In this document: positions 62,260-64,000 of the stretch, piece after piece
Numbering within the stretch: position 1 is the first letter of the stretch
How the letters are laid out: the number at the start of each line of letters is the position of its first letter
Source of the DNA: Isurus oxyrinchus
Taxonomy: Eukaryota
DNA length: 64,000 bases
Reading direction: 5' to 3'
Assembly (NCBI GenBank): GCA_026770705.1
Contig: JANJGN010000059.1
Location: forward strand, 2,170,001 to 2,234,000
The notes under the pieces: model-generated
What the model saw: only the letters and a program-made list of their open reading frames with translations
The model's database searches: none
What the model was told of the DNA's origin: nothing
Translations under genes and position numbers: made by a program

Positions 62260-64000
62260 TCTCACTATCAATCTCTCTCCCTCTCTCTCTCTCTCCCTCC
62301 CCCGGCCACCTGTCTCCCTTTTTCTCCGGGCACATCTCACTCTCTCTCTTTTGCTGAGTCTCTCCCTTTCCTCCTCTGTCGCTCTTGAACTCTTGATCCC
62401 TCTCTCTGTTTTTTACGCTCACTGTCTCTCCCATTACCTCATTCTTCCTCTCTCTTTCTCTCTCTCTGGCTCTCGCTCACCCTGTCTCTTTTTCTCCCCT
62501 CTCACTTCTGCACTCTGTTTATGTCCCACTTTCTCTCTCTCTCTCTGTCTCTCTATCCCTTTGTTTCCCTCTCCCTCGCTCTGTCTGCCTGTCTGTCTGT
62601 CTATCTATAGATCTACCTATCTATCTATCTATTTATCTATCTCTCTCTGAATTTTTGTGTCTCTCCTTCCCTCTCTCTCTTTCTGTCTCTCTCTGTCTCC
62701 GTCACTCTATATCTCTCTGCCTCTCTCCACCTATCTCACTAACTTTCTCTGCTTTTATGACTCTCTGTCTGTACCGCTCTCGCTGTGTCTCCATCTCTCA
62801 CACATCCCTTCTCGCTGTCTCTTTCTCTTCTTCTTTACTCTCTCTGTCAATCTATACACCTCTTACGCTCTATCTCTCCCTCTGCGTGTCAATCCCTGTC
62901 TCTTGCTGTGTCTCACACTCTCGTCCTCCATCTCAGTCACTGTCTCTTTGTCTCTCTGTTCTATTTCCCTCTTTCACTTTCGCCTTCTCTCTCTTCCTCG
63001 CTTGATAAACTTTCCTTTGTCTGTTTCATTGCCTCTCTCGCTCTCTCTGCCTCTTTGTTGCCTCTGCTTGTCTGTTTGTCTGTTCCTCTCTCTTTCCCTT
63101 TCTTTTTTTCTGTCACTTCCTCTCTCTCTCTCGCTCGCTATCTCTATCTCTCTCTCTCCCTCCCTCTCTTTCACTCTCTCTCTCTCTCAGACCATGTCTC
63201 ACTCTGTCTCTCTCTTTGCCTCTCTCTCTTTTATCTCCCCTTCTCTCTTTTTCAATGTCTATCTCTCTCTTTCTGTATCTCTGTTTCTCTCCCGCTATTT
63301 ATCTATCATTCTCTCCTCCTCCCTATGACACCCTCTCTTTCTCTAGACCTCCCACACTATGTAACACAATCTGTCTCTCTCCTCCTCTTACTCTCTTAAT
63401 TTATCTGCCTCTCTCTTTCTCTGCCTCACCCTCTCATTCTCTCCCATCAACTCTTTCCTTTTCTCATTTTGACCCCCCTGTCTCTCTCAGCCCTCTCTTC
63501 ACTTTCCGTGTCAGTGTCTACATGTGTGTGTGTTTGTTTCTCTGTCTCTCATGCTCGAAACTTCCCTTTGTCTCTTTCTTTCCTTCTATCTCTCTCTCCT
63601 CTCTTTCTCTATCTGTCAATCTCTTACTCTGTCTCTCTGACTCTTTTTCTCTCTGTGTCTCTCTCTCTGTCTAGCTGTCACACTTTGTGTCTAACCCTGT
63701 CTCTCTCTATGCCTCTCCCGCTCTTTTCTCTACCCCTCTTTTTCAACGTTTCTCTCTGTCTATCTATCTCTCTCCCCCTCTGTCTCTCCTCTCTCTCTCA
63801 ATCCCTCTCGCTGTGTCTCTAAATCTCACTCCCTCCATCTCCCTCTGTCTCTTCCACTCGATGAATTTACGCATCTCTCTCTATTCTCGTTATCTCACTA
63901 TCTCTATCCCTCTCAATTTCTCTCTCTCTCTCCTGCACACACACACACACTGAGTGTGCATGTGTGTCCATGTGAGTGTGTGTGTCGTTGCATCTCTCTC
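62260..64000. repeat. CT-rich polypyrimidine tract (GA-rich on the gene C strand)
   Basis: Visible composition; mirrors 13335-16720. Confidence 0.95.

Overview
Repeat-dense vertebrate genomic DNA, most likely from a cartilaginous fish (shark-type CR1 LINEs, a Neptune-type Penelope element and GPR139-like receptors). There is one assembly gap at 50231-50523. The host content is a cluster of two-exon GPR139/GPR142-like class A GPCR genes. Gene A is on + (exon 1 17290-17356, exon 2A 30033-30985, 339 aa). A frameshifted second terminal exon 2B (35785-36738) was created by a ~5.8-kb tandem duplication that excludes exon 1. Gene C is on - and convergent (exon 1 61668-61605, exon 2 54192-53291, 321 aa). 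Positions 1-2780 are the 3' flank of an apparently missing further paralog. Mobile DNA includes a partial-tandem Penelope-like element (2776-8167), many short pLTR derivatives carrying a minimal hammerhead motif with a variant CUGUCGA core, a Gmr1-type Gypsy relic (integrase upstream of RT), a second Gypsy relic, a hAT relic and many CR1 fragments. The most unusual unexplained structure is a ~41-bp-period array starting at each receptor's 3' end, in which only TGAnTGACAG-N9-CCAAT is conserved (PBX/PREP + NF-Y-like composite). It is repeatedly hit by Penelope insertions. All calls come from manual reading of the sequence; no database searches were run, and the boundaries of decayed repeats are approximate.
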